IMG/VR virus record: IMGVR_UViG_3300027704_000008
Coordinates: 32,001 to 96,000 of that record
Length of the DNA: 64,000 nt
From: a virus
Reading direction: 5' to 3' (one strand)
Shown here: in pieces, positions 20,901 to 30,351 of the stretch
Layout: every line of letters starts with the position of its first letter
How positions within the stretch are numbered: the first letter of the stretch is position 1
Translations under genes and position numbers: made by a program
Notes under the pieces: generated by a model
Database searches by the model: none
Seen by the model: the letters and a program-made list of their open reading frames with translations, nothing else
What the model was told of the DNA's origin: nothing

Positions 20901-23221
20901 ATGGAGAAACGGTCTGGGATACCTCTGAAGCCAAATTGTGGAACTGGGCGGCGTTTGGGTGGCACGGTGAGGCGGAGGTCGGCGCCGTTGTTCAGCGTGG
21001 AACAGGTCTTACAAACGAAGTCCGGGGGGGCCGGTGGGGGGTTGTTACAACAACAACCACTAACAGAATTGATTCCATTGATGTTGACCGCAAGTTAGTT
21101 AGCGGCAAAATTGTTGACCGTTTAACAGAAGTAGTGAAATTTTGTCGCTCTCGCCGAGTATTCTTTCAAGCTACTGGGCTTAGATCAAATACACTATTTT
21201 TTCCATTCTTAGACCATAAGGATGTTAAGGTCTGGTGTAGGATGGAGACCTCGTACCTATTAGCTGGCGACGATACTACAGACTATGGTGATCAGGGCAC
21301 AACGGCGTTATCTTCGCCATATACCTGGGGGCCGCTGACGAGTGATGCCAATGGAACTCTGACTGGTTCATTATATGTTCCTAACCAAGAATTTATTGGC
21401 GGCCTCCGGTTTAAGTCTGATGTTGATTTACCGTTTTCCTTATTGGATATTTCTATTTACAACCCCGATATAGCGACAAATCAAGCTCACGCGACATATA
21501 CGTCAAGTGGGATAATAGAGTACTGGCAAAACACCTATCAGACAACTCGCACCGTTAATATTAAAGGAACACAGACGGAGACATTTAGGGTACGGAGCAC
21601 AGATCCGTTGGCACAGTCAATTCACGTTGAAGACGGTGATGGGTATTTTGTAACTAAAGTTGATATATTCTTCGCCAGCAAGCCGGCCGAAGGCAACACA
21701 GTCGTGACGATGGAAATTAGACCTCTAGTTAATGGTGTCCCATCTTCCGAGGAATTTTTGGGATCTGTTTCTAAGGCACCATCAGCCGTCAACGTCAGTC
21801 TGGGACCCAATGTTAGCAATGTACAAGCTACACCAACCACCTTCGAGTTGGCTGAGCCCATTTATCTGTCCCCAGGACAGGGGTACGCTATTGTTCTTCT
21901 TTCAGATGCCTTAGATTACAATGTGTACGTAGCATCTCTTGCTGAGTTTGAGCTCGGATCTACTACCAAGAAAATCACAACCCAGCCTCATATGGGGTCG
22001 TTATTCTTGTCACAGAATGGCAAGACCTGGGAACCTTCGCAGAACCGAGATATGATGTTTAAGCTGTACTCTGCAAAATTTAATACAGCTGGAGGTTATC
22101 AAAAGTTTTACAATCTCAAAGTTCCTGCAATGAGTCTAAGGCGAGACCCATTCCAGATGGATAGTGGCGATAACACAGTATTCGTTCAGCATCCGAATAA
22201 CGGTTTCAAGACGGGTCGAGCGGATACGGTTACTATTAGTCGGTTCCTGCCAGCTGGCGGCGCCTCAGCGGAAGCGGCACTGTATAATAATGTAACGTTT
22301 GGAGGCATGACGTGGGCCGGGTCTATTGAGGGCACACATACTGTTACTCGTGCCGATGGTCACGGGTATTTCTTTGAGGCGGATTCTGCTGCAACCTCAA
22401 CCGGACAATTCGGTGGGACTGGCATGATGGCAACACACAATGCAATGTTTGATATTATCCGACCCGAGATCACAAATATGAATTTTCCCAAAACCTCACT
22501 GTTGTTCGAATCAAAGCTGACCAACGGTAGTTCAATGGCCGGGCAGATAGGATCTTACGCGGTAAAGGATACCTCTTACTCTCCTTTGGATAACCAGCGG
22601 TGGAATTATTTCCAGTCTCCCAAAGTAATACTAGCGAGTGATGTAGGTGGGGCTAACGGCGCCCAAGCGTTTGGCGCCAGGTCAATAGATTTGCAGGTTA
22701 CGTTATCAACTACTAGCGACAAAGTGTCCCCTGTAATTGATTTGCAAAACGCTTCAATGACCTATCTTAACAATATTATTGATCGTCCCGACGCGACTGC
22801 AACAGTTGGATTTAATGCTTCGGTTTCCCCCGCAAAGTTTGTTCCTGAGACCAGTCCAACTGGAGGCTCGACGTTAGCTAAACACATCACTTCTCCGGTT
22901 GTCCTTGCTCAGGATGCCGTTGGTATTAATGTTTTCTTGGCCGTCATGAGGCCATCAGTAACAGAGTTATTCTTATACTACAGGGTAGCTGGAGATGGTG
23001 ATGTATTGAGTGATCAGTCATGGATTAAGCATGATGCAACGGTTGATCCCGGACCATCAGAAAGCCCTAATGATTTCAGAGAGTATGAATATCTGATAGG
23101 AGGGCAGAATGGAGAAATGCTTCCATTCACCGAGTTCCAGCTGAAGATTGTATTCACTTCAACAAACTCGGTATTTGTGCCAATGGTAAGAGACCTTCGC
23201 GCCATAGCGCTGGCCGTATAA
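17984..23221 (+). CDS. large virion structural protein (VrlC / DUF4815 family)
   Basis: Y.DDF....YHRVLF..G..IQARELTQLQT, PGADR, RT.EESGDY.V, YTM.DIG, K.GFLVDNF, DPLAQS, GSLF.SQNG.TW, DLRAIAL. Confidence 0.9.
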   Translation: MTNFNIYGGETVLPIPTTSDNPLIDNLFRSTYKDDFSDSAGYHRVLFNSGKAIQARELTQLQTIIQREISRFGNNIFKEGAAVNPGGMTVTAYDYVKVTSSNWNNDTSVLLRGGVITGANGAVAKILDKVNAVGDDPNTLYIQYTSTPSGSGGSDTTTAPKFQIDEVLTVVKPNGGSVELTCANEAPSGQGLVASSAAGDFFVEGHFIFAHPHSIIISKYSTTPTAVIGFRIIQDIVTVADTNDLYDNQGALPNFTSPGADRYRIRLQLADQATIDSDTNFVYVAKIRDGAIVTQVEGDEGYNKILDLMALRTKEESGDYIVKPFDFSVSQDSALSPAFNVKLSSGVAYVNGYRAEHSDREVRLLSEKPVSVVQMSEETIPINYGNYVLFSVQKGLPNITTFPTVNLYASIGGTGTIIGTCRIRSVARDGANYRAYLFDIKMNAGQSARLIRSIGTSTTDYINPLIEADYGLPTIRGTADHSLLFPMPRLRSKVMEDVDLFVMREFPLTVSGNSVTVSVTATGESLTQTASWIVAAAAGDILSGFTVTVNSSTSITLSGDGTTLPNGATTIMAIVKVGAGTVRSKTLTSATVAVGLDSDGSGNKWVPLNRADIFSVDRVRLVDSDGTEDKASLFDLDNGQRDNFYSLGRLLLKPGQSAPSGNIFARFTHFAHGAGDFFAINSYAAGPNYADVPKFRKNTAETVNLRDVLDFRPVQDSNGQYPAANINQLPLSGTLVTSDTTYYQGRKDTIVINEKGVVSIIKGNESLAPQFPDTNSMTGVLPLYNVEMNPNTLHTNDLQATRVRARHYTMADIGDIEDDLVDLKRTTALSLLETNTANWQVFDSDGLSRTKSGFLVDNFKNYSMSDFTGINGQVNPNYRAVVDPQLGMVRPSFVDNNIKMFADVAANGSNVVQKGDNIYLAYTHEVEVEQPICSDTENVNPFQVTTGAGNLTISPTRDEWASMIVLADEDLPDGETVWDTSEAKLWNWAAFGWHGEAEVGAVVQRGTGLTNEVRGGRWGVVTTTTTNRIDSIDVDRKLVSGKIVDRLTEVVKFCRSRRVFFQATGLRSNTLFFPFLDHKDVKVWCRMETSYLLAGDDTTDYGDQGTTALSSPYTWGPLTSDANGTLTGSLYVPNQEFIGGLRFKSDVDLPFSLLDISIYNPDIATNQAHATYTSSGIIEYWQNTYQTTRTVNIKGTQTETFRVRSTDPLAQSIHVEDGDGYFVTKVDIFFASKPAEGNTVVTMEIRPLVNGVPSSEEFLGSVSKAPSAVNVSLGPNVSNVQATPTTFELAEPIYLSPGQGYAIVLLSDALDYNVYVASLAEFELGSTTKKITTQPHMGSLFLSQNGKTWEPSQNRDMMFKLYSAKFNTAGGYQKFYNLKVPAMSLRRDPFQMDSGDNTVFVQHPNNGFKTGRADTVTISRFLPAGGASAEAALYNNVTFGGMTWAGSIEGTHTVTRADGHGYFFEADSAATSTGQFGGTGMMATHNAMFDIIRPEITNMNFPKTSLLFESKLTNGSSMAGQIGSYAVKDTSYSPLDNQRWNYFQSPKVILASDVGGANGAQAFGARSIDLQVTLSTTSDKVSPVIDLQNASMTYLNNIIDRPDATATVGFNASVSPAKFVPETSPTGGSTLAKHITSPVVLAQDAVGINVFLAVMRPSVTELFLYYRVAGDGDVLSDQSWIKHDATVDPGPSESPNDFREYEYLIGGQNGEMLPFTEFQLKIVFTSTNSVFVPMVRDLRAIALAV

Positions 23222-23439
23222 TGTCTAATCTAATTCCAGTCGAAGGTAATGGAAATTTCGCAAGGGATCCGGTTTCTGGCGCGGTGCTTAATATAAATAC
23301 CGCAGAGGTATATCAAGCGAGACTACGCAAGGCGGCTAGGAAACGGGCCATCCTTGCCAATGACAATCGCATCCAAGAGATAAGCGATCGAATGGACTCA
23401 CTTGACCATAAACTAAATTTGATACTAGAGAAGCTATAA
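23221..23439 (+). CDS. conserved small protein downstream of VrlC
   Basis: VEG....RD..SGA.LN motif with coiled-coil C-terminus. Confidence 0.75.
   Translation: MSNLIPVEGNGNFARDPVSGAVLNINTAEVYQARLRKAARKRAILANDNRIQEISDRMDSLDHKLNLILEKL
23292..23299 (+). promoter_or_regulatory. probable internal late promoter for the fibre module
   Basis: TATAAATA about 140 nt upstream of the 23439 ATG. Confidence 0.5.
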
Positions 23440-24818
23440 TGGCCATAGAAATTGTAAACAATCAAGATACTATTGATAACTTCAAGACGAAAGTTAATCG
23501 TCTGTCAAACCTTATTGGCGACTTATCTCAACTCGACACAAAAGATAGTAATGTGATGGATGCGATTAATCGTATTGATTTGACGGCGGCTACGACTGTA
23601 CTTGTAGATCGAATGAATGCGGATTCAGCGGCGCTGGTGGCATATAGAGTTCTCCAAGATTCCGCTACAGCAGCTGATACACTAGCCAGTGTCGCTGGTG
23701 ATAGTGCCAACCTAGCTCTTATAAACGCTAACATTGCTACATTGGCAAAAAGAGATAGCGCTGGTTATATTAAAGACTTAAACTTTACTCATGCCATGCT
23801 AAGCTCTGTCGTAGCAAACCAACACATTGACTGGACCACCGACCAAGGCGGTACCAATATTCACACAGGCAACTATACCAACTCCCAGTCCACCTACGCC
23901 TCTATTCACTCCGGCTTGACCGGCGCGAGTTTGTCAACACAGTCCGGCGCAACCGTAGTAAGTTCGATCACTGTAAATACCAAAGGTCACCTTGTAACGA
24001 CACCGGGAACACGTGAGTTAACCCCAGCTAATATTGGTGCTTTGGCTAGCAATGGAACAGCAGATCAAGCTAACGGGCTGAAAGATGAGAACAGTGATTA
24101 TAGGACTGCTGACTATCTCAGCACTGCCAATACAATTGTGCGGCGCAACGCTGATGAATATATTAGAGTGAACGGAGTTATCTTGGATGCCGCCTACAGC
24201 CAAGCCGTTACCACACCCACAAGCTTTGTCACATTGAACGCCTCCGGCGACGCTAGACACCTTAAAGAGACAACCGTAGCTAACGCAAAAACAACACTAG
24301 CGGCCGATGGGTTTGATGTACCAGCCGGGGAAACTTTGGGTGTGGGTAGTTCCGGGTGGATGCAAACTAACAACACTAACAACGCATGGTTAAGATCTCA
24401 AGGTTCCGCACCAGTATATGTGGATGTTAACATCAGCTCTGGTACGAGAGATTGGCAGGGAGCAGACGCAGTCGGGATTGCAACTAACGGCGACATTGCT
24501 GCAGGTTGGTCCGACATGAGGCTGAAGACAAAGGTAGGTGAACTAGATAATGCTCTAGAAAAAGTTTGTTCTTTATCTGGCTTTCTATATCAGTCCAGCG
24601 ATCTTGCTCTAGAATATGACTTGCCCCCCAAGGATGTCATTAAGGTGGGACTATCCGCTCAAGAGGTGCAGAAGGTTCTGCCCCAAGTTGTTAGTGGTGC
24701 ACCAATGAACATTGACCATGGAACAGACTTTCTGAATGTGGACTATGCTAAAATGGTACCTCTTCTCATAGAAGCAATAAAGGAGCTAAAAGACCAGGTC
24801 GATAGGATTAAAGCATAA
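23439..24818 (+). CDS. tail fibre with C-terminal intramolecular chaperone (peptidase S74)
   Basis: N-terminal DT......KVN......GDL..L motif; C-terminal SD.RLK....AL.KV..L.G, G..AQEVQ.VLP.VV, V.Y..MVPLLIEAIKEL. Confidence 0.85.
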   Translation: MAIEIVNNQDTIDNFKTKVNRLSNLIGDLSQLDTKDSNVMDAINRIDLTAATTVLVDRMNADSAALVAYRVLQDSATAADTLASVAGDSANLALINANIATLAKRDSAGYIKDLNFTHAMLSSVVANQHIDWTTDQGGTNIHTGNYTNSQSTYASIHSGLTGASLSTQSGATVVSSITVNTKGHLVTTPGTRELTPANIGALASNGTADQANGLKDENSDYRTADYLSTANTIVRRNADEYIRVNGVILDAAYSQAVTTPTSFVTLNASGDARHLKETTVANAKTTLAADGFDVPAGETLGVGSSGWMQTNNTNNAWLRSQGSAPVYVDVNISSGTRDWQGADAVGIATNGDIAAGWSDMRLKTKVGELDNALEKVCSLSGFLYQSSDLALEYDLPPKDVIKVGLSAQEVQKVLPQVVSGAPMNIDHGTDFLNVDYAKMVPLLIEAIKELKDQVDRIKA

Positions 24819-25948
24819 TGGCGTATGGGTATAACGGGTATTATCACATGAGGCTGAATCCAGGGGGTCAGCGTCAGGATGGAAGTACAGCAATATTCCT
24901 AGGGAAAGGTGAAGACCGAGTAGCTTGGGGCATTCACTACCATATGAGAAATAGAAATCCAGCCAGCCCAGTGTCAGGTGTCGGCCGCGCTGGGACGCCA
25001 GGCCAGCCCTCCCTGTCCACGCCGGCTGGGCCGGCCGGACCAGCTTTTTTTACTCTAGCGAATACCCAGACAGATCGAAATTATGTATCTCTACGGCAAC
25101 TCTACAATCCAGTTGATCCGCAAGGGATGGTCCAGTATTCTGCCTCTTCGGCGGCGGGAATAACCAACCTTGTCAGCTTTAAACACTACCCCAGCAGCGC
25201 CGACATGGGGCCAAAATATCAAACTAGCGCTATCAACACATATGCTTTGATCCCGGCCATACTCAATAGTACTGCAGATGAAGCAGTGATTACTCCATAT
25301 GGGGATCCCGAGATGAACTACAACGTGTTTGGCGGTTACGGTGTCCTTCGAAGAAGGCAGTATCTGGCATATTCACATCAGGGGTACGTTGCTGGTGGCC
25401 TGTACGGGTGGGTATCGGCTGCAGCTCTCTTTGCTAGCAGAAACCTCACCGCCCCACCCACCAAGACTAACGCCACACTGGGCCTTCCTGGAGGGTCAGC
25501 CCAGACCCCTACGTGGTCCGGTAATATGGATGGATACTCCATTAATGGCAACACCCCTCAATCAATTGAGAGTGCTTCTTATTCCGATAAATCCTTGCGC
25601 AAAAACGGCACCGGCGATTATATATCTAAAGCAGCTTTAATTGAAACTCGATATAGGCAGACGCAGAAAAAAACGCAGCGCAGTGGTTTCACCATATCAC
25701 ACTTTTGCGGATACGTGGATCAGTTTTTTGAGATATACGCTTCAAGGGACTATGTGGCCCGAACCACGTTGCTGAATAAGCGGGTGCCCGCATCGGGGGA
25801 AATCCGTATGAGTCATTTCTATGGTTCGGGCAATGCCGCCTTCCATCATCCAAAGGACTATGCCCAGTCCAGCGCCGGTATTGGATCCATCGCGGGGCAG
25901 ACGGCGTATAGCCCTGGTCCAATCGATGGCGATGGGCAGGGGATATAA
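24818..25948 (+). CDS. hypothetical fibre-associated protein, possible adhesin
   Basis: Coupled to the fibre gene; VPASGEIRMSHFYG resembles motifs of fibre-tip adhesins. Confidence 0.45.
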   Translation: MAYGYNGYYHMRLNPGGQRQDGSTAIFLGKGEDRVAWGIHYHMRNRNPASPVSGVGRAGTPGQPSLSTPAGPAGPAFFTLANTQTDRNYVSLRQLYNPVDPQGMVQYSASSAAGITNLVSFKHYPSSADMGPKYQTSAINTYALIPAILNSTADEAVITPYGDPEMNYNVFGGYGVLRRRQYLAYSHQGYVAGGLYGWVSAAALFASRNLTAPPTKTNATLGLPGGSAQTPTWSGNMDGYSINGNTPQSIESASYSDKSLRKNGTGDYISKAALIETRYRQTQKKTQRSGFTISHFCGYVDQFFEIYASRDYVARTTLLNKRVPASGEIRMSHFYGSGNAAFHHPKDYAQSSAGIGSIAGQTAYSPGPIDGDGQGI

Positions 25949-26175
25949 TGATGGACGATTTTGATATTACTATAGATCACGAGAATGTTATGATGGTGGC
26001 TGGGGGAACCATGATTACGATTGATGTTTCTGGTTTGGATGGCATGACCCCCGCCAAGAAAAGAAAAGAGTTGAAAAAGCGTCGGACGGAGGCCTTGGCA
26101 AGGTACGATCGCACCAATCCGGATATTTCGGTGCAGGTAGCTCACGCTGAAAGTCATCCATCACCCAAGCTTTAG
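25948..26175 (+). CDS. hypothetical protein
   Basis: 75-aa ORF coupled (TAATG) to the upstream gene. Confidence 0.6.
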   Translation: MMDDFDITIDHENVMMVAGGTMITIDVSGLDGMTPAKKRKELKKRRTEALARYDRTNPDISVQVAHAESHPSPKL

Positions 26176-26183
26176 GAGATATT

Positions 26184-26939
26184 ATGTCAACGATAGCGCC
26201 TTCGGATTTTTCATATCGCACCTCTATCCCCACCATCGGTTGTGGTCTATGGGATAACAATATCTATGTGAGCCATGCATGCAACACTAAGGGTCAATAC
26301 TATGCAACCCGCACTCCAGATGAAAATACGCGTGAAGCTAATGGAGAGAATCGTCATCCCTATTATCCTTTTATAGTACCAATCGGTCCGATGTGGATAC
26401 ATGGAACGGGAACTATTACCAGGGAGTACTGGTGGAATAGATCTAAAATAGTCGATCAGCAAATAACTAGAGCTAACCTCCAGCGCCACGAGAACCTTAT
26501 TCGAGATTTACTGGGTGATCGTGGTAGTTTCCGTTACGTCGAAAAGAATATGAGTTTGATGTATGCCCGTTCTGAATTAACATTAAAACCTGTCACGGAG
26601 TGGCATGGTCACACATATCCGTGGAGTCTCAATGTCAAAATGAAGTGCACGATTCCTAGAGGCATGGACGTGAATTTTCTCTTTCATCCTCGCAAGTCCA
26701 TGCCCGATAACAAGAAACGTCCAATTTGGGATTCTGCAAGCAGGTCGATATTACCCAACCAAACCGTTTCTATTGATAAACCAGCTGGATCCAAGACGTG
26801 TTACCTAATACCATCCCGTGATATGGTGTGCGGAGATACTAATATGCTGGCTGGAGTGCCATACGAGCAGATAACCCCAACCTTGTCCATTGAGGCGGGA
26901 TCCGAGGGCGGTGCCTTGATTAGGACGTATCAGGTATAG
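26184..26939 (+). CDS. hypothetical protein
   Basis: 251-aa ORF with AGGAG Shine-Dalgarno; last gene before a terminator. Confidence 0.65.
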   Translation: MSTIAPSDFSYRTSIPTIGCGLWDNNIYVSHACNTKGQYYATRTPDENTREANGENRHPYYPFIVPIGPMWIHGTGTITREYWWNRSKIVDQQITRANLQRHENLIRDLLGDRGSFRYVEKNMSLMYARSELTLKPVTEWHGHTYPWSLNVKMKCTIPRGMDVNFLFHPRKSMPDNKKRPIWDSASRSILPNQTVSIDKPAGSKTCYLIPSRDMVCGDTNMLAGVPYEQITPTLSIEAGSEGGALIRTYQV

Positions 26940-26961
26940 TATACTTTACATTGTTACTATC

Positions 26962-26986
26962 AAAGCTCGCTGCGGCGGGCTTTTTT
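26962..26986 (+). terminator. intrinsic terminator
   Basis: AAAGCTCGC-TGCG-GCGGGC-TTTTTT. Confidence 0.8.
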
Positions 26987-26999
26987 GTATTTTTAAACT

Positions 27000-27007
27000 T
27001 ATAAATA
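27000..27007 (+). promoter_or_regulatory. T4-type late promoter
   Basis: TATAAATA. Confidence 0.8.
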
Positions 27008-27037
27008 GACCCAACATTGCTAACAACGGGACCACTA

Positions 27038-27388
27038 ATGGCACACTCAGAAGATTTCACTATTGACCAGGGAGCTGATGTTACTTTTCAGTTGAGCCTG
27101 ACAAATAAAGACGGGTCCACTAAAAATCTCACAGGTCATACAGGTAAAGGATACATTAAGCAGAACTATGCAGCAGATAGTTCAACCGCTATTACATTCT
27201 CTGTAGCTATACCAACCCCCACTAACGGAATATTAAATCTGGGTTTGACTAATATTCAAACAGATACCATGAAAACGAATGCGCGATACGTGTATGATGT
27301 TGAGCTATCCCATCTTGATAGTGGTGTTAACGTGATAGAGAGATTATTGCAGGGTCATATTACTGTGAACCCTTCCGTCACCAAGTAG
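27038..27388 (+). CDS. conserved virion protein upstream of the neck genes
   Basis: IDQGA.......NLTG.T......Y.......F.......G...L.LT..QT......YVYDVE......R.LQG...V.P.VT; ATG 27038 preferred over TTG 27017. Confidence 0.75.
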   Translation: MAHSEDFTIDQGADVTFQLSLTNKDGSTKNLTGHTGKGYIKQNYAADSSTAITFSVAIPTPTNGILNLGLTNIQTDTMKTNARYVYDVELSHLDSGVNVIERLLQGHITVNPSVTK

Positions 27389-27397
27389 ACATAATTT

Positions 27398-27538
27398 ATG
27401 AAGACATTAGTCAAATCTATTGGGTATGGTAACGCCACTGCGGTTAAAGTAAGTCATGGTAACCAAACACAGGTCAATAAAATAGTGGTTGCCCCGTCAC
27501 AGATTTTAGTTGCAGTTAATATATCAACATCGGTATAA
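27398..27538 (+). CDS. small hypothetical protein (46 aa)
   Basis: MKTLVKSIGYG...ISTSV* fills the gap before gp13; below ORF-track cutoff. Confidence 0.45.
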   Translation: MKTLVKSIGYGNATAVKVSHGNQTQVNKIVVAPSQILVAVNISTSV

Positions 27539-27541
27539 ATA
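27534..27541 (+). promoter_or_regulatory. T4-type late promoter
   Basis: TATAAATA upstream of gp13. Confidence 0.8.
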
Positions 27542-27563
27542 ACCAAAAGGGTTAAAATTAAAT

Positions 27564-28322
27564 ATGGCTTCTATAACATCAAGACAAGGTTTAATCGATC
27601 ATTGCTTACGCAAGCTAGGATCTCCTGTCATAGAAATAAACGTTGATGTCGATCAGATAGAGGATCGGGTAGACGATGCTTTTCTAACATATCAGGAGTT
27701 TCACGGCGATGCAACTAATCGCAGCTACTTGCAATATCTGGTGACCTCGGCTGATGTGACCAACAAATATATATCTGTTCCATCTGAAGTGATATACATC
27801 GTTAATATGTTTAACCTAGCGGGCGGGAACGCCATCAGCAGTAACAATATGTTCTCGTTTAAGTATCAGTTTGCCATGAGTGATTTTCATGCAATGGGAA
27901 GGATTGGTGGCGGGCTAGGTCATTATGCTCAAACCAAAGCCTATATGGAAACACTAGACTTAATCCTTAACGGAACCCCCCAGACCACGTTCTCGCGCAG
28001 GCAGAACCGCCTGTATTTATGGGGCGATATAGACGATAATGATATTAAAGCTGGCGAGTATATAATGTTAGAGTGTTATACGGTCATTGATCCAGAAACA
28101 CACACGTCGGTGTATAACGATATGTTTATGCGAGACATGACAACAGCCCTGATCAAACAACAATGGGGGCAGAACCTTTCTAAGTTTGAAGGAATGCAGC
28201 TTCCTGGTGGAGTAACCATCAATGGAAGAGAGATTCGCGAGGAAGCGAATGGGGAGATTGCTGAGCTGCGGGAACGCTTGAGATCTGAACAAGAGTTACC
28301 AGCAGACTTCTTCATCGGATAA
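27564..28322 (+). CDS. gp13 neck protein
   Basis: SR..L...CLR.LG.PVIEINV..DQ..D, TALIK.QWG.NLSKF.G.QLPGGVT.NG. Confidence 0.93.
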   Translation: MASITSRQGLIDHCLRKLGSPVIEINVDVDQIEDRVDDAFLTYQEFHGDATNRSYLQYLVTSADVTNKYISVPSEVIYIVNMFNLAGGNAISSNNMFSFKYQFAMSDFHAMGRIGGGLGHYAQTKAYMETLDLILNGTPQTTFSRRQNRLYLWGDIDDNDIKAGEYIMLECYTVIDPETHTSVYNDMFMRDMTTALIKQQWGQNLSKFEGMQLPGGVTINGREIREEANGEIAELRERLRSEQELPADFFIG

Positions 28323-28325
28323 AAT

Positions 28326-29213
28326 ATGGCCACTAATCCTTATTTTTCACCTAAGGTAACATCTGAGCAGAATCTATACGAAGACATCGTTATAGAATCT
28401 CTAAAGATGTTTGGGCAAGACGTATACTATATCCCAAGAGAATCCAAGGGATACGATAAAGTCTGGTCTGATGATATCATTAATACGTACAACGATACAT
28501 ATCGGCTCGAAATGTATATCGAAAACATTGAGGGGTTTGATGGAGAAGGTGATCTGTTTACTAAGTTTGGTATAGAGATTCGTGACGCCGCCACATTTAT
28601 AGTATCTCGCCGTAGGTGGAATGCTGAGGTTGCTGTCAATGAGGAGACAGACACTAAACCCTTTTACCGCCCTAGAGAGGGAGATTTAATATATCTTCCT
28701 ATGTCCCAATCTACATTTGAAATACAACGGGTGGAAACAGAAGATCCCTTTTTCCAACTTAACAATTTACCCGTGTTCAAGATGTCGTGTGAGCTGTATG
28801 AGTACTCTGGAGAGGACTTCGACACTGGCATTGAGGATATAGATCGCGTTGAAGAGGTGTTTGGTTATCAATGGCGTATGGTGCTATCTGACTCAGCCTC
28901 GGGGTATATCGTTGGGGAGACGGTGTCTCAGACGCTTGCAACCGGTGCTATTATGTCGGGTGAGGTGGTTAAGTGGGCAGACTCTAGTAATGAAATATTT
29001 GTTGCACACGCCGGAGCCAATGATGGCAAGTATCACGAATTCGCCACAGGCCTTAATGTTGTGGGAGATAAGTCATCGGCATCGTTTGTCCCAAGCCTGG
29101 TACAGCAGATTAATAAGATCCAAGAATCTGATATGAATGCTAATTTTAAAGCCGAGGCTCTGACATTTGTGGATTTCTCGGAGAGCAACCCGTTCGGAGA
29201 CATAGATGTTTAA
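28326..29213 (+). CDS. gp14 neck protein
   Basis: EQ.LYED...ES....GQDVYYIPR, KFG.EIRD, RP.EGDLIY.P, FSE.NPFG. Confidence 0.93.
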   Translation: MATNPYFSPKVTSEQNLYEDIVIESLKMFGQDVYYIPRESKGYDKVWSDDIINTYNDTYRLEMYIENIEGFDGEGDLFTKFGIEIRDAATFIVSRRRWNAEVAVNEETDTKPFYRPREGDLIYLPMSQSTFEIQRVETEDPFFQLNNLPVFKMSCELYEYSGEDFDTGIEDIDRVEEVFGYQWRMVLSDSASGYIVGETVSQTLATGAIMSGEVVKWADSSNEIFVAHAGANDGKYHEFATGLNVVGDKSSASFVPSLVQQINKIQESDMNANFKAEALTFVDFSESNPFGDIDV

Positions 29214-29982
29214 TCAGTATTTCTACCATGAAAAGACTCGAAAGACAGTTGCTCTATTTGGTTCCTTATTTAATAACATATATGTGATACGAACAGATAA
29301 CAACAACCAAGTGCTCAGCCAAGTAAAGGTTCCTTTAGCGTACGCTCCAAGACGTAAGTATCTTGAGCGAATTCAGCAGATGAATAATGGAGAGGAGTTG
29401 GAAAGGCAGATTGCCATCAAGCTTCCCCGCATGTCGTTTGAGATAGTAGGGTTGTCGCGAGACGATCAAAGAATGTTGCGCTCTACAAATACCGTGAGCC
29501 GCCCAGGAACAACTGCAAATAATAAGATGCGGTTCTATACAGGCGTACCGTATACAATCAACTTCCAGATGAATGTGTACAGTAAAAACCAAGATGATGC
29601 CCTACAAATAGTGGAGCAAATTCTACCATACTTCAAACCTCAGTACAACGTTACCATTAAGCCAATTGATGGGTATGATGATTTTAAAGAGGATATTCCA
29701 ATTACTCTACAAGCTGTTTCTTTCATGGACGATTTTGAAGGATCTATAGAGCAGCGTAGGACTATTATATACACTTTAGACTTTGAAATGAAGACAACGT
29801 ATTATGGGCCCACGGACAGTATATCTAGTATCATTAGGCAAGTTGATGGTATACTGGTGGACAAGGACGGGAGCAGAATGGAAACGTTAAGAGTCACTCC
29901 AACGCCTGTTGGGGTTAGTCCTGATAGCGATTATGGATTTAATGAAGTTATGATATCGGGTCTCGATAGTGCAGGAGCATAG
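29206..29982 (+). CDS. gp15 tail sheath stabiliser / completion protein
   Basis: FYH...RK.V..FG.LFN.I, KVPLAY.P, LPRMSFE, DALQIVEQILP.F.P. Confidence 0.93.
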   Translation: MFNQYFYHEKTRKTVALFGSLFNNIYVIRTDNNNQVLSQVKVPLAYAPRRKYLERIQQMNNGEELERQIAIKLPRMSFEIVGLSRDDQRMLRSTNTVSRPGTTANNKMRFYTGVPYTINFQMNVYSKNQDDALQIVEQILPYFKPQYNVTIKPIDGYDDFKEDIPITLQAVSFMDDFEGSIEQRRTIIYTLDFEMKTTYYGPTDSISSIIRQVDGILVDKDGSRMETLRVTPTPVGVSPDSDYGFNEVMISGLDSAGA

Positions 29983-29983
29983 T

Positions 29984-30349
29984 ATGATTGATGATAAGGG
30001 TGATGGAGAAATTAAATCTGATTTTGATTTTTCTCGAGAGACGTACTATACTCTCGTAGAAAGAGGCCGCGAGGGTATTGACGAGATGATGGAAGTGGCT
30101 AAGAGCTCGGAGCACCCTCGCGCATACGAGGTGCTGTCTAAGCTAATTAAAGATACTGGCGATGTAGCCGACAAGTTAATGGACCTCAACAAGAAGAGTG
30201 TCGAAATTAAAAAAGCCCAGGAAGGTGGCCCTGCTGCTTTACTTCCGGGGCAAACCACTACCAACGTTTTTGTTGGATCTACTGCTGAACTTCAACGGTT
30301 GATCCATCAAGAGCAAGTTAAAGATATAACTCCCCCAAACGAGACATAA
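29984..30349 (+). CDS. gp16 terminase small subunit
   Basis: D...SR..Y..L...G, S.HPRAYEV, N.FVGSTAELQ; ATG 29984 has AGGAG SD. Confidence 0.9.
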   Translation: MIDDKGDGEIKSDFDFSRETYYTLVERGREGIDEMMEVAKSSEHPRAYEVLSKLIKDTGDVADKLMDLNKKSVEIKKAQEGGPAALLPGQTTTNVFVGSTAELQRLIHQEQVKDITPPNET

Positions 30350-30351
30350 TC

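Noticed and set aside
14611-26939. Diversity-generating retroelement or invertible cassette in the fibre region
   Set aside because: No reverse transcriptase, recombinase or duplicated template/variable repeat recognised
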